Source: Methanothermus fervidus DSM 2088 (GTDB taxonomy: Archaea; Methanobacteriota; Methanobacteria; DSM-2088; Methanothermaceae). From it: DNA of 32,000 bases. The stretch lies in contig CP002278.1 in assembly GCA_000166095.1 (NCBI GenBank), forward strand, positions 420,001 to 452,000. The letters are read 5' to 3'. The notes beneath the pieces were generated by a model. It was not told where the DNA came from. It saw only the letters and a program-made list of their open reading frames with translations, and did not search any database. The position numbers and the translations under genes were made by a program. Every line of letters begins with the position of its first letter. Positions within the stretch are counted from its first letter, which is position 1. This document shows, piece by piece, positions 9,491 to 17,266 of this stretch.

Positions 9491-10700
9491 ATCCTATTAG
9501 CCTCCACCTGGCACCCAATCTTCGTGAAATTGCAGCCCTCTGACCAGGTTCAGCGCATACTGGTAATTTTAAGACTACTTCAACTTCATCGCCCTTAATG
9601 TGCTTAATGACACCAACTGTTGTCGCAGTTCCTATGTTTATCATTAAAGGTTCGTTCATTTTTAAAGGTTCTACTTTTCTTTCTTCTTCTGTACCAACTA
9701 CTCTTTTTAGTAAATGCACCTCTAAATTTAAAGTATGTAAAACTTCTGGCAATGTACCAACTTTTCCAGCTACAGACCCTGATAATGAATCAGCCTTTGT
9801 TAGTGAAGGATCTAATTTTGTGCCTACTCCTATTAATCCCCCAGGCTTCACTTCGTCCATTGGTTCATTACCAGCAACAAGACTAACAATTTCTGAATAT
9901 AAACTTTCCCATTTTTTTCTACCTTTTTTCTTAATTTCAATGCCTGGTTTTATTTCTATTTCATCTCCAACCGCCAATCGTCCTTGAATTAATGAACCAC
10001 CTATTACTCCTCCCTTTAGTTTGTCGGGAGGCGTCCCTGGTTTATTTATATCAAAAGAACGTGCCACAAACATTCTGGCTGGCTTGTTAACAGGTCTTTT
10101 TGGTGTTTTAATTGTTTTTTCAATGGCTTCAATCAATACATCTATGTTAGCACCTTGTTGTGCAGATACTGGAATAATAGGTGAATTTTCAGCAACAGTT
10201 CCTTTTATAAATTCTTTAATTTCCTTATAATTTTCCAATGCTCTTTCTCTTGACACTGTGTCTATTTTATTTTGAACCACTACAATATCCCTGACACCTA
10301 TAACATCTAATGCCATTAAATGTTCTTTGGTTTGCGGCTGGGGGCAGGGTTCATTAGCAGCTATTACTAATATTGCTCCATCCATTATTGCTGCACCAGA
10401 AAGCATCGTGGCCATTAATGTTTCATGGCCAGGAGCATCGACAAAAGAAACTTTCCTTAATATTTTTGTTTTTGATCCACAATGTTCACAAATTTTTTTC
10501 GTGGTATAGCATTTTGGCTCTGGACAATTTGGACATTTTCTAAATATTGCATCAGCATATCCTAAACGTATGGATATTCCTCTTTTAGCTTCCTCACTAT
10601 GTGTATCTGTCCAAACACCGGATAAAGCTTTAGTTAATGTTGTTTTTCCGTGGTCTACATGACCTACCATTCCTATATTAACTTCTGATTGTAATTTCAC
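9474..10700 (-). CDS. translation initiation factor aIF2 gamma subunit
   Basis: [16 protein letters not shown] and QNKID GTPase motifs, plus a zinc knuckle (CPNCPEP...CEHCG) typical of aIF2-gamma. GTG start with AGGTG SD. Confidence 0.95.
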   Translation of the reverse strand: MKLQSEVNIGMVGHVDHGKTTLTKALSGVWTDTHSEEAKRGISIRLGYADAIFRKCPNCPEPKCYTTKKICEHCGSKTKILRKVSFVDAPGHETLMATMLSGAAIMDGAILVIAANEPCPQPQTKEHLMALDVIGVRDIVVVQNKIDTVSRERALENYKEIKEFIKGTVAENSPIIPVSAQQGANIDVLIEAIEKTIKTPKRPVNKPARMFVARSFDINKPGTPPDKLKGGVIGGSLIQGRLAVGDEIEIKPGIEIKKKGRKKWESLYSEIVSLVAGNEPMDEVKPGGLIGVGTKLDPSLTKADSLSGSVAGKVGTLPEVLHTLNLEVHLLKRVVGTEEERKVEPLKMNEPLMINIGTATTVGVIKHIKGDEVEVVLKLPVCAEPGQRAAISRRLGARWRLIGYGVLK

Positions 10701-10709
10701 AAATTACAC

Positions 10710-11084
10710 CTATTCTTCCTTTTCCTTTTTACTTATAAGTTCTTTTATCGGTTTTTCTCCCTCTTTCACAACTACAGTATTTACTTGAACAATGTCTTCA
10801 GAAATTGTGTTGCCTCTTACACTTTTACGTCGTCTTTCCCCTTTACGTCTTGGTTTAAATCCTGGTCCACTGGATAAAAGCACTTTAACTCTTCTACTAC
10901 CTTCTATATCTTTTCTCATTGGAAATCCATCTTTGTCACTGCCGCCTGTTATTTTTAATTTATAGCCAGGTAAGCCAATGATTGAACCATCAAATTCATC
11001 TCCAATTTTTAACCCAATGAGTTTGTCTGTATCTGTTTCTATTTGGTATGATTTATCTTTGTGTGAAACTACAACTTTAAACAC
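10710..11084 (-). CDS. rps6e: ribosomal protein S6e
   Basis: 124 aa. [18 protein letters not shown] and RRRKSVRGN blocks. GTG start preceded by GGAGGG. Confidence 0.92.
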   Translation of the reverse strand: MFKVVVSHKDKSYQIETDTDKLIGLKIGDEFDGSIIGLPGYKLKITGGSDKDGFPMRKDIEGSRRVKVLLSSGPGFKPRRKGERRRKSVRGNTISEDIVQVNTVVVKEGEKPIKELISKKEKEE

Positions 11085-11099
11085 GAAAAATCCCTCCCC

Positions 11100-12908
11100 C
11101 TAGCTCAATGAATATCCAGTACCATAGGTAGGATCTACTTTTCTTTTAATTTTTACAATTTCTTCAAGTGTTTCTTGTTCATCAGCTGTTAATTCATTTT
11201 TTAATTGTTTTGATAATATTTTGTAATCCTTTTCAGGTATATCACTGTATAGTATATCCCCTTCTTCAATATTTCTACCAATTATTCCACCTTTTATAGA
11301 TATGGCAACTTTTTGTCCTTTTTTTGCGGATTTTATATTTTTACCTTTATCTTGAATACTACCGACTGTTCCTACAACGTTTCCATCTTCTCTGATTAGA
11401 TTGTATCCAGGTTTCAATTTACCAGCGAGTACTTCTATTCCTGTAATAGCTGGTTTACTACTTCTAAAAACAAAACCTGGTAATATTCTTATTTTAACAG
11501 GCCTTATAATACTTTCCATTAATGATTTCTTCCTTCTTTCTTTAATTTCTTTCATCCAGTCAACATAATCTTCAATGAGCTTATATATCACATTATTAGA
11601 AAATACTTTTACACCAGATTCTTCTAAAATTGTTTTTGCTGATGGTAATATCTTAACATTGAACGCTAATATGACACCATAAATCTCATCTGTATTTTTT
11701 GAAACTTCAGCTTCTATGACATCTCTTTGAGATACATCGCCTATGTCAGCTACCCTAATTGGAACATCAGTTTCTTCTTTTAGTAATTTTATCACAGCTT
11801 CTAAAGAACCTAATGTGTCTGCTTTAATGACAATTCCTGCCTTATCTGTTTCAATTTTAACTTCTTCTAATTCTTTTCGTATTTCGTTCCGTATATCCTC
11901 TAAGTTTTCATCTTTTGCAACTCGTAAAGGAGATCCAGGAATCACATCTTTAACTCCTGGAGCAACAATTTTAACACCAGAAGCAGCGACTACTTCCTTA
12001 ACACGCTTAAATTCTGTTTTACTTTCTCTTATTTCCTCAAGAGGTTTTGGTTTTAATAATGATCTAATCCTAGTGACCACAACATCTTCTAAAGTTAACA
12101 AAACTATCTTATCATTTTGTTTTAAAACACCGTCATATATTATAGCATCTAAGGTTGTACCTAATCCCTTTTCTTCCTTTACTTCAAGTATTGTACCTTT
12201 TGCTGGAGAATCTGATTCAATAGTCAACTGATCTTTTAAATATTGTTGTGCTAATCCAATCAACAAAGTAAGTAATTCAGGTATGCCTTCACCTGTAAGT
12301 GCGCTGATTGGAACAATGCTTACTTGAGATGTGAAATCAGTGACTCTATCAAATCGTTCTGCGTTGAAACCTTCTTCATGTAAACTACCAACTAACTCAT
12401 ATATCTTTGTTTCTAAAGATTGTTGAACTTTTGGAACTTGTTTTTCAAAAGTTTCTAAAAAAGAAGAATTTTTATGTGCTTTCCATCCTCTTATCTTGTC
12501 TATTTTATTTGCAGCCACCACAAATGGAGTTTTATACATCTTTAATATGTTTAGTGCCTCATAAGTCTGGGGCTTAAAACCTTCATTAATATCAACAATA
12601 AGTATTGCTAAATCTGCTAGAGATCCTCCTCTTTTTCTCAAAGTTGTAAATGCTTCATGTCCAGGAGTATCAATAAATAATAATCCAGGAATAATTCGTT
12701 GGATTGAATATTTTTCTAATAAACCTTTACAAATTTCTTCAATTACTTTAATAGGTATTTCGGTAGCTCCAATATGTTGCGTTATCCCTCCGGCCTCTTT
12801 ATGGGCTATAGCAGTACCTCTAATATTGTCTAACAATGTTGTTTTTCCATGATCTACATGACCTAATACAGAAACTATTGGAGACCTTATTTTCATTATA
12901 TCACTCAT
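11100..12908 (-). CDS. infB: translation initiation factor aIF5B (IF2 homolog)
   Basis: 602 aa. [33 protein letters not shown]. Length and domain order match aIF5B. No intein-sized insertion. Confidence 0.95.
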   Translation of the reverse strand: MSDIMKIRSPIVSVLGHVDHGKTTLLDNIRGTAIAHKEAGGITQHIGATEIPIKVIEEICKGLLEKYSIQRIIPGLLFIDTPGHEAFTTLRKRGGSLADLAILIVDINEGFKPQTYEALNILKMYKTPFVVAANKIDKIRGWKAHKNSSFLETFEKQVPKVQQSLETKIYELVGSLHEEGFNAERFDRVTDFTSQVSIVPISALTGEGIPELLTLLIGLAQQYLKDQLTIESDSPAKGTILEVKEEKGLGTTLDAIIYDGVLKQNDKIVLLTLEDVVVTRIRSLLKPKPLEEIRESKTEFKRVKEVVAASGVKIVAPGVKDVIPGSPLRVAKDENLEDIRNEIRKELEEVKIETDKAGIVIKADTLGSLEAVIKLLKEETDVPIRVADIGDVSQRDVIEAEVSKNTDEIYGVILAFNVKILPSAKTILEESGVKVFSNNVIYKLIEDYVDWMKEIKERRKKSLMESIIRPVKIRILPGFVFRSSKPAITGIEVLAGKLKPGYNLIREDGNVVGTVGSIQDKGKNIKSAKKGQKVAISIKGGIIGRNIEEGDILYSDIPEKDYKILSKQLKNELTADEQETLEEIVKIKRKVDPTYGTGYSLS

Positions 12909-13353
12909 ATATTATATCAGCGTCTGGCATATTATACTCAAATATTTCAGAATTTTTAAAGAACAATTTAATTTCTCTTTCAGCAGATTCTGGCGAATCT
13001 GAAGCATGAATTATATTTCTACCAATTTCTAATGCGAAATCTCCTCTTATAGTACCTGATTCTGCTTCTTTAGGATCTGTTGCACCAACCATTTTTCTTA
13101 CAACACTTATACAGTTTTTACCTTTAAGTACTAAAACAACGACTGGCGACGATGTTATGTATTTTATTAAATCTTTAAAGAATGGCTTATCTTTATGTTC
13201 AGCATAATGTTTTTTGGCCAATTCTTTATCGACATCTACCATTTTCATTGCAACTATTTGTAATCCTCTTTTTTCAAAACGTTGTATGATTTCTCCAATT
13301 AGCCTACGTTTTACAGCATCAGGTTTTATCATCACAAAAGTTTTTTCCATCAT
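12901..13353 (-). CDS. ndk: nucleoside diphosphate kinase
   Basis: 150 aa. [18 protein letters not shown] and active-site NIIHASDS. Confidence 0.95.
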   Translation of the reverse strand: MMEKTFVMIKPDAVKRRLIGEIIQRFEKRGLQIVAMKMVDVDKELAKKHYAEHKDKPFFKDLIKYITSSPVVVLVLKGKNCISVVRKMVGATDPKEAESGTIRGDFALEIGRNIIHASDSPESAEREIKLFFKNSEIFEYNMPDADIIYE

Positions 13354-13514
13354 TTTTTCTTAACCCATTTGACTTTTCTTGGTTTTCTTCCTAATTTCAG
13401 CATGTTCTTTTCACATTTACTGCCACAAAAGAAATATATAGTCCCATCTCTCTTAACAAACATTTTTCCAGTGCCTGGTTTTATTTTTTCGCCACAGAAG
13501 GAACATACTCTCAT
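13350..13514 (-). CDS. rpl24e: ribosomal protein L24e
   Basis: Own translation gives [54 protein letters not shown] (54 aa). GGTGA SD. ATGA-type overlap with ndk. Below the ORF-track cut-off. Confidence 0.92.
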   Translation of the reverse strand: MRVCSFCGEKIKPGTGKMFVKRDGTIYFFCGSKCEKNMLKLGRKPRKVKWVKKK

Positions 13515-13525
13515 TTATAAATCAC

Positions 13526-13747
13526 CTATGGTGGCTTGATCTCTCTAGCTTCTCTTATTGTATCTAGTAGCATTAATATGTCTCCCTCTCTCACAGGTCC
13601 CATGACATTTCTGGTTAATATTCTCCCTTTATCACGTCCTTCTAGGATCCTACATTTCACTTGGATAACTTCACCTGTCATTCCAGTCCTTCCAACAACT
13701 TCAATTACTTCTGCAGGCACGGCTTTTTCTTCTTCTATTAAAGCCAT
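13526..13747 (-). CDS. rps28e: ribosomal protein S28e
   Basis: 73 aa. [48 protein letters not shown] is the S28e core. Confidence 0.93.
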   Translation of the reverse strand: MALIEEEKAVPAEVIEVVGRTGMTGEVIQVKCRILEGRDKGRILTRNVMGPVREGDILMLLDTIREAREIKPP

Positions 13748-13759
13748 ATAAAACCACCA

Positions 13760-14131
13760 TTATTTTTTAATGCTTTCAATTTTTTCTATAATTTCATTTG
13801 TGAGATCTTCAGCTTCACCTGCATCTATTATGGCTGCAGATGCAGCTGATACATTTATACCGGCAGCAGCTCCTAATTCTTCTTTCTTTGGTACGTATAT
13901 ATATGGTATTTCTTTTTCTTCTGAAAGAACAGGTAAGTGTGCTACAATTTCTGGTGGGTCTACATTTTCAGCTATAATTACTAATTTTGCTATACCTCTC
14001 TCAACGGCTTTTGTTGTTTCATTTGTTCCTTTGACAATTTTTCCCGTGTCTCTTGCTATTTCCACGGCTTCCAATGTTTTGTCAGCTAACTCTTTTGGTA
14101 CATCAAATTTCACATAGAATGGTTTTGCCAT
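13760..14131 (-). CDS. rpl7ae: ribosomal protein L7Ae (K-turn binding protein; also a C/D and H/ACA RNP component)
   Basis: 123 aa. [45 protein letters not shown] matches L7Ae. Confidence 0.95.
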   Translation of the reverse strand: MAKPFYVKFDVPKELADKTLEAVEIARDTGKIVKGTNETTKAVERGIAKLVIIAENVDPPEIVAHLPVLSEEKEIPYIYVPKKEELGAAAGINVSAASAAIIDAGEAEDLTNEIIEKIESIKK

Positions 14132-14160
14132 ATTTCATCACCTCCAACTCATTGGCTCAG
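14132..14160 (-). promoter_or_regulatory. K-turn-like (D-box/C-box) motif in the L7Ae 5' leader, overlapping the Shine-Dalgarno
   Basis: The minus strand reads CUGA-G-CCAA-UGAG-UUGG-AG-GUGAUGA-AAU-AUG. That is a CUGA and a GUGAUGA flanking a 4-bp hairpin, with GGAGGUGA as the SD. The geometry is not a perfect consensus K-turn (A/G at the helix end, 3-4 nt bulge). Confidence 0.45.
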
Positions 14161-14187
14161 TTTGTAATAAAAGCTACGACAACCAAC

Positions 14188-14197
14188 AATATATACT
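14188..14197 (-). promoter_or_regulatory. candidate TATA box for the L7Ae-led transcription unit
   Basis: Minus strand AGTATATATT, preceded by an A-rich BRE-like GAAA. It is centred about 26 nt upstream of about 14166, which would give a roughly 35-nt leader starting just 5' of the CUGA motif. Confidence 0.35.
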
Positions 14198-14280
14198 TTC
14201 TCTTCCCTTTAAAATTTTGGAGAAATAGATGTACAAAAATTTTTACAATAGTTATATAAATATTTTTCGCAGTAAAAATT

Positions 14281-14400
14281 TTATGGTTGAAGGCCAAGAC
14301 CACACATAATTGCAGATAAAAACAATAGTATAAGGAGATTACCTAAAATACCGATTGTTATTATGATTGCAACATCTTTTGTTTTTATTTTTTCTTCCAT
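14281..14400 (-). CDS. candidate 39-aa single-pass membrane peptide
   Basis: Own translation gives MEEKIKTKDVAIIITIGILGNLLILLFLSAIMCGLGLQP. GAGGTG SD 6 nt upstream of the ATG. One clear hydrophobic helix. No homology recognised. Confidence 0.35.
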   Translation of the reverse strand: MEEKIKTKDVAIIITIGILGNLLILLFLSAIMCGLGLQP

Positions 14401-14473
14401 TTAAGACACCTCATCACTTTTACTATAAGAATGTTTTATTATTCATGTCCCTAAAATTAAACCATACCAAAAA

Positions 14474-14483
14474 GTATAAATAA
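14474..14483 (+). promoter_or_regulatory. candidate TATA box for the tRNA-Val pair (possibly bidirectional)
   Basis: CCAAAAA-GTATAAATAA is centred about 36 nt upstream of the mature tRNA 5' end, implying a roughly 10-nt leader. The reverse complement (CTTATTTATAC) could serve the divergent small ORF. Confidence 0.35.
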
Positions 14484-14513
14484 GAAAAATTATAATGAAA
14501 GGATATACAGATA

Positions 14514-14587
14514 GGGCCGGTGGTCTAGTGGCCTAGGACGCCTCGCTTACGACGAGGAGGTCGCGAGTTCGAATCTCGCCCGGCCCA
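14514..14587 (+). tRNA. tRNA-Val (anticodon UAC)
   Basis: Hand-folded cloverleaf. Acceptor GGGCCGG/CCGGCCC, D arm GTCT-AGTGGCCTA-GGAC, anticodon arm CCTCG-CTTACGA-CGAGG, variable AGGTC, T arm GCGAG-TTCGAAT-CTCGC, discriminator A. No encoded CCA and no intron. Confidence 0.93.
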
Positions 14588-14592
14588 TAAGT

Positions 14593-14666
14593 GGGTCCGT
14601 GGTCTAGTGGCCTAGGACGCCTCGCTCACGACGAGGAGGTCGCGAGTTCGAATCTCGCCGGACCCA
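14593..14666 (+). tRNA. tRNA-Val (anticodon CAC)
   Basis: Same cloverleaf 5 nt downstream. Acceptor GGGTCCG/CGGACCC, anticodon loop CTCACGA. Identical to the first copy except positions 4, 6, 34, 67 and 69. Confidence 0.93.
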
Positions 14667-14676
14667 CTCTAACTTC

Positions 14677-14687
14677 TTTTTAATTTT
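14677..14687 (+). terminator. T5/T4 tracts after the tRNA pair (candidate terminator)
   Basis: CTTCTTTTTAATTTTA begins 8 nt after the second tRNA. It overlaps the stop of the convergent gene. Confidence 0.3.
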
Positions 14688-15408
14688 AATGTTTTAGAAC
14701 TATAATTGTCATAAAAACCAGTAGTATTGAAGAAAAAAATATTATTGTTCCTCTAATAAAACCTGTTTTTCTATTTGTTGCATAAGATAGAGTATACGAA
14801 AAAATAAAACAGAATAAAAGTCTTAAAACCCCCAAAAGTTCTTTAGGTACGGATTTTGTCCATCGTATTGTTTCCATTAGTGTTAGGGCAGCAACATAAA
14901 CAATTAATACTTGAAACAATAAATTTTGTGTTAAACTTTTAAACGATGATTTTTCTGGTTTTTTTCTTAAGTCTACATGTTTAGTTTTGATTTTTCTAGG
15001 GAATCTAAATCTACTTGAATTATAAGAGGGTGAGATATCCTCTATTTCATCTGCAATATTTCTTTCTAATTCAGATTTAGATGATAAAATTGATTCCTCA
15101 TCTATGATACTAATGTTTTTTGCTTTTGCATATCTTATAGCCTGTTGTGTGAATCCAGAAGATGCAATGATAATTACTTTAGAAATTTTTAGATACCTTT
15201 TTATCATCTCAATTTCTTTGATAAAATCAATTCCAACTTTCCAATCTCTATACAATACTATTATTTTAATTTTTCCAAGTTTTGAGAGTGACATCTGGGC
15301 GTAAAGGTCAATACGATTACCTAAAACCTTCAAATTTTTACGAATTTTAAACCCTGAATTTTCTAAAATGTTGGAAACAAAATTGATAACTTCTTCTCTA
15401 GTTGTCAT
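14686..15408 (-). CDS. membrane-anchored protein with N-terminal Mrr-like (PD-(D/E)xK restriction-endonuclease fold) domain
   Basis: The N-terminal roughly 110 aa follow the Mrr_cat pattern (FVSNILENSGF...GNRIDLYAQ...IIVLYRDW.VGIDFIKEIE...KVIIIASSGFTQQAIRYAKAKNISIIDEESI). The C-terminal roughly 85 aa hold about three hydrophobic helices. ATG at 15406-15408 preferred (GGAGA 6 nt upstream). Confidence 0.6.
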   Translation of the reverse strand: MTTREEVINFVSNILENSGFKIRKNLKVLGNRIDLYAQMSLSKLGKIKIIVLYRDWKVGIDFIKEIEMIKRYLKISKVIIIASSGFTQQAIRYAKAKNISIIDEESILSSKSELERNIADEIEDISPSYNSSRFRFPRKIKTKHVDLRKKPEKSSFKSLTQNLLFQVLIVYVAALTLMETIRWTKSVPKELLGVLRLLFCFIFSYTLSYATNRKTGFIRGTIIFFSSILLVFMTIIVLKH

Positions 15409-15491
15409 TGTCACTCTCCAAACTTTATCAAATTATGTTATAGCTTATATCATATAAAAAAATTAATGATCTTTAGTTGGGAGGGTATCTG

Positions 15492-16553
15492 ATGGATATA
15501 GAAAAAGATGTAGAATTGATAAAAAGAGACGCTGATAGAGTACCTAAATTCAAAAAAATTAAAAAAACTACGAAAATTATTGCAGATTTTACAGAATATT
15601 CTCCATTACATAAAGGGCATAGGTATTGTATGTTTAAAGCTAAAGAAAAAGTACCTGACGGAATATTTGTTGCTGTGATTCCAGGACCTACAGAAAGAAG
15701 TGGTCGTGGATTACCATACATTATGAGTAGATATGCACGTGCAAGGGCTGCTATTGCAGTTGGAGCTGATATTGCAGTTGAAGGACCTCCAATGGGTGTT
15801 ATGGGTTCTGGACAATATTCATTATGCCTAGCAAAAATGTTTAAGGCTTTAAATACAGATTACATCCCAAGAGGTTATAAACCAGCCCCAAATTTCAATA
15901 AAATTCTCAAAAGAATAAACGATGGACATATAATTGTCCCTAAACCATATAAAATAATTGACACGACAACAAATGAAATATTACTTGAAGATCCACTAGA
16001 GGAAGATAATTATGTTATAGTTTCATTATCGAAATCTTTAGGTAAGATTGGATTTAATTTTAAAAATAAATTTATTTTTGTAAAAAGGATTTCTGGTGTA
16101 AGTGGGACAAAAATTAGAAATGCTGTGTATAAAGGGAAGCTTGAATCTGTCAAAGATATGCTACCAGAAGAAACATATAAGGTATTAAAAGAAGAATTAC
16201 GTGCTGGAAGAGCACCTTTGTATAGAAATGAGGAAAAGATATTAGAAAATGCTAATACATTAAATTATGAAGAGTTGTTGAATCTAAATTTAATTGATGA
16301 AAAAACTGCTAAAAAATTGATAGCTAACAGACCCTATAAAAGTATCAAAGAAATTGAAAAAGCCATTCCAGCAGGTTTTAGTACTCATCATAAACAAAGA
16401 ATTTTATCTGTTTTAGAAGCAAAAATTGATAAGGATACAATTTCCAAGTATATAGAAAATTATCCAGCGACAATCCGCGTGCTGGGGTATAAAGATTCTA
16501 AGACATTTAGAGTATTTAAAAATAACGTACCACATAGGAGGATAGTGACATGA
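15492..16553 (+). CDS. UPF0348/COG1323 nucleotidyltransferase (TmcAL-like HxGH family) with C-terminal helix-hairpin-helix-like segment
   Basis: [11 protein letters not shown]...[41 protein letters not shown] parallels the B. subtilis TmcAL N-terminus (EYNPFHNGH...AVMSG.F.QRGEP......R...AL..GVDLVIELP). C-terminal [35 protein letters not shown] resembles a ComEA-type HhH. ATG 15492 with GGAGGG upstream. Confidence 0.7.
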   Translation: MDIEKDVELIKRDADRVPKFKKIKKTTKIIADFTEYSPLHKGHRYCMFKAKEKVPDGIFVAVIPGPTERSGRGLPYIMSRYARARAAIAVGADIAVEGPPMGVMGSGQYSLCLAKMFKALNTDYIPRGYKPAPNFNKILKRINDGHIIVPKPYKIIDTTTNEILLEDPLEEDNYVIVSLSKSLGKIGFNFKNKFIFVKRISGVSGTKIRNAVYKGKLESVKDMLPEETYKVLKEELRAGRAPLYRNEEKILENANTLNYEELLNLNLIDEKTAKKLIANRPYKSIKEIEKAIPAGFSTHHKQRILSVLEAKIDKDTISKYIENYPATIRVLGYKDSKTFRVFKNNVPHRRIVT

Positions 16554-17266
16554 CTGTGAAAAAGGGAGATTTCGTAGAATTAGAATTTGTTGGGAAAATC
16601 AAGGAAACAGGTGAAATTTTTGATACCACTGACCCAAAAATTGCTAAAGACGCAGGTATACTTAAAAAAAATACGGTGTATAGGCCATTAGTTGTAGTTG
16701 TTGGTAAGGGACAACTCATACCTGGAGTAGATGAAGCATTAATAGGGATGAAGGAAAATGAAGAAAAGAGTATAGAAGTACCTCCTGAAAAAGGATTTGG
16801 TAAACGGGACCCAAAACTTGTAAAGTTAATTCCAATTACTGAACTAAGGAAAAGAGGTATTAAACCAAAAGTAGGCATGAGAGTAACAATCGACAATGCG
16901 GTTGGAAGGATTGTTAACATTACTGGTGGAAGAGTACGTATTGATTTTAATCATCCCCTTGCAGGAAAACATTTAAAATTAGATTTAAAAGTCAAAAAAA
17001 TAATAAAAGATGATAAAGAGAAAATTAAAGGAATTATTAGTATGTATTACCCAAATGCAAAGTTAGAAGATATAAATGTTGAAATAAAGGATGGAACTGT
17101 TTCTATTGAAGTAGATGATACGTTTAAATTTGATAATAGGCCACATTCTAACATTACATTGACACAAGCTAGGATAGCAAAAGAAATTTGGGATAATATT
17201 GAAGGTGTCAAAAGAGTTGAATTTATAAGTGCATTTGAAAAAACTAAGGCCAAGTCAACAACTTAG
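16550..17266 (+). CDS. FKBP-type peptidyl-prolyl cis-trans isomerase, long archaeal type (SlyD-like with IF insert and C-terminal domain)
   Basis: [65 protein letters not shown] overlap with the upstream gene. Confidence 0.88.
   Translation: MTVKKGDFVELEFVGKIKETGEIFDTTDPKIAKDAGILKKNTVYRPLVVVVGKGQLIPGVDEALIGMKENEEKSIEVPPEKGFGKRDPKLVKLIPITELRKRGIKPKVGMRVTIDNAVGRIVNITGGRVRIDFNHPLAGKHLKLDLKVKKIIKDDKEKIKGIISMYYPNAKLEDINVEIKDGTVSIEVDDTFKFDNRPHSNITLTQARIAKEIWDNIEGVKRVEFISAFEKTKAKSTT

Noticed and set aside
14407-14417. GUGAUGAGGUG (C-box-like) just upstream of the 39-aa ORF on the minus strand
   Set aside because: No partner CUGA within a reasonable distance upstream. Most simply it is a GAGGTG Shine-Dalgarno.
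14667-15414. Possible integrated element or defence-island remnant at the tRNA-Val 3' end (nuclease-like gene directly downstream)
   Set aside because: No integrase, no duplicated tRNA 3' fragment (att) seen elsewhere in the window, and no change in base composition. The flanking genes are ordinary housekeeping genes.
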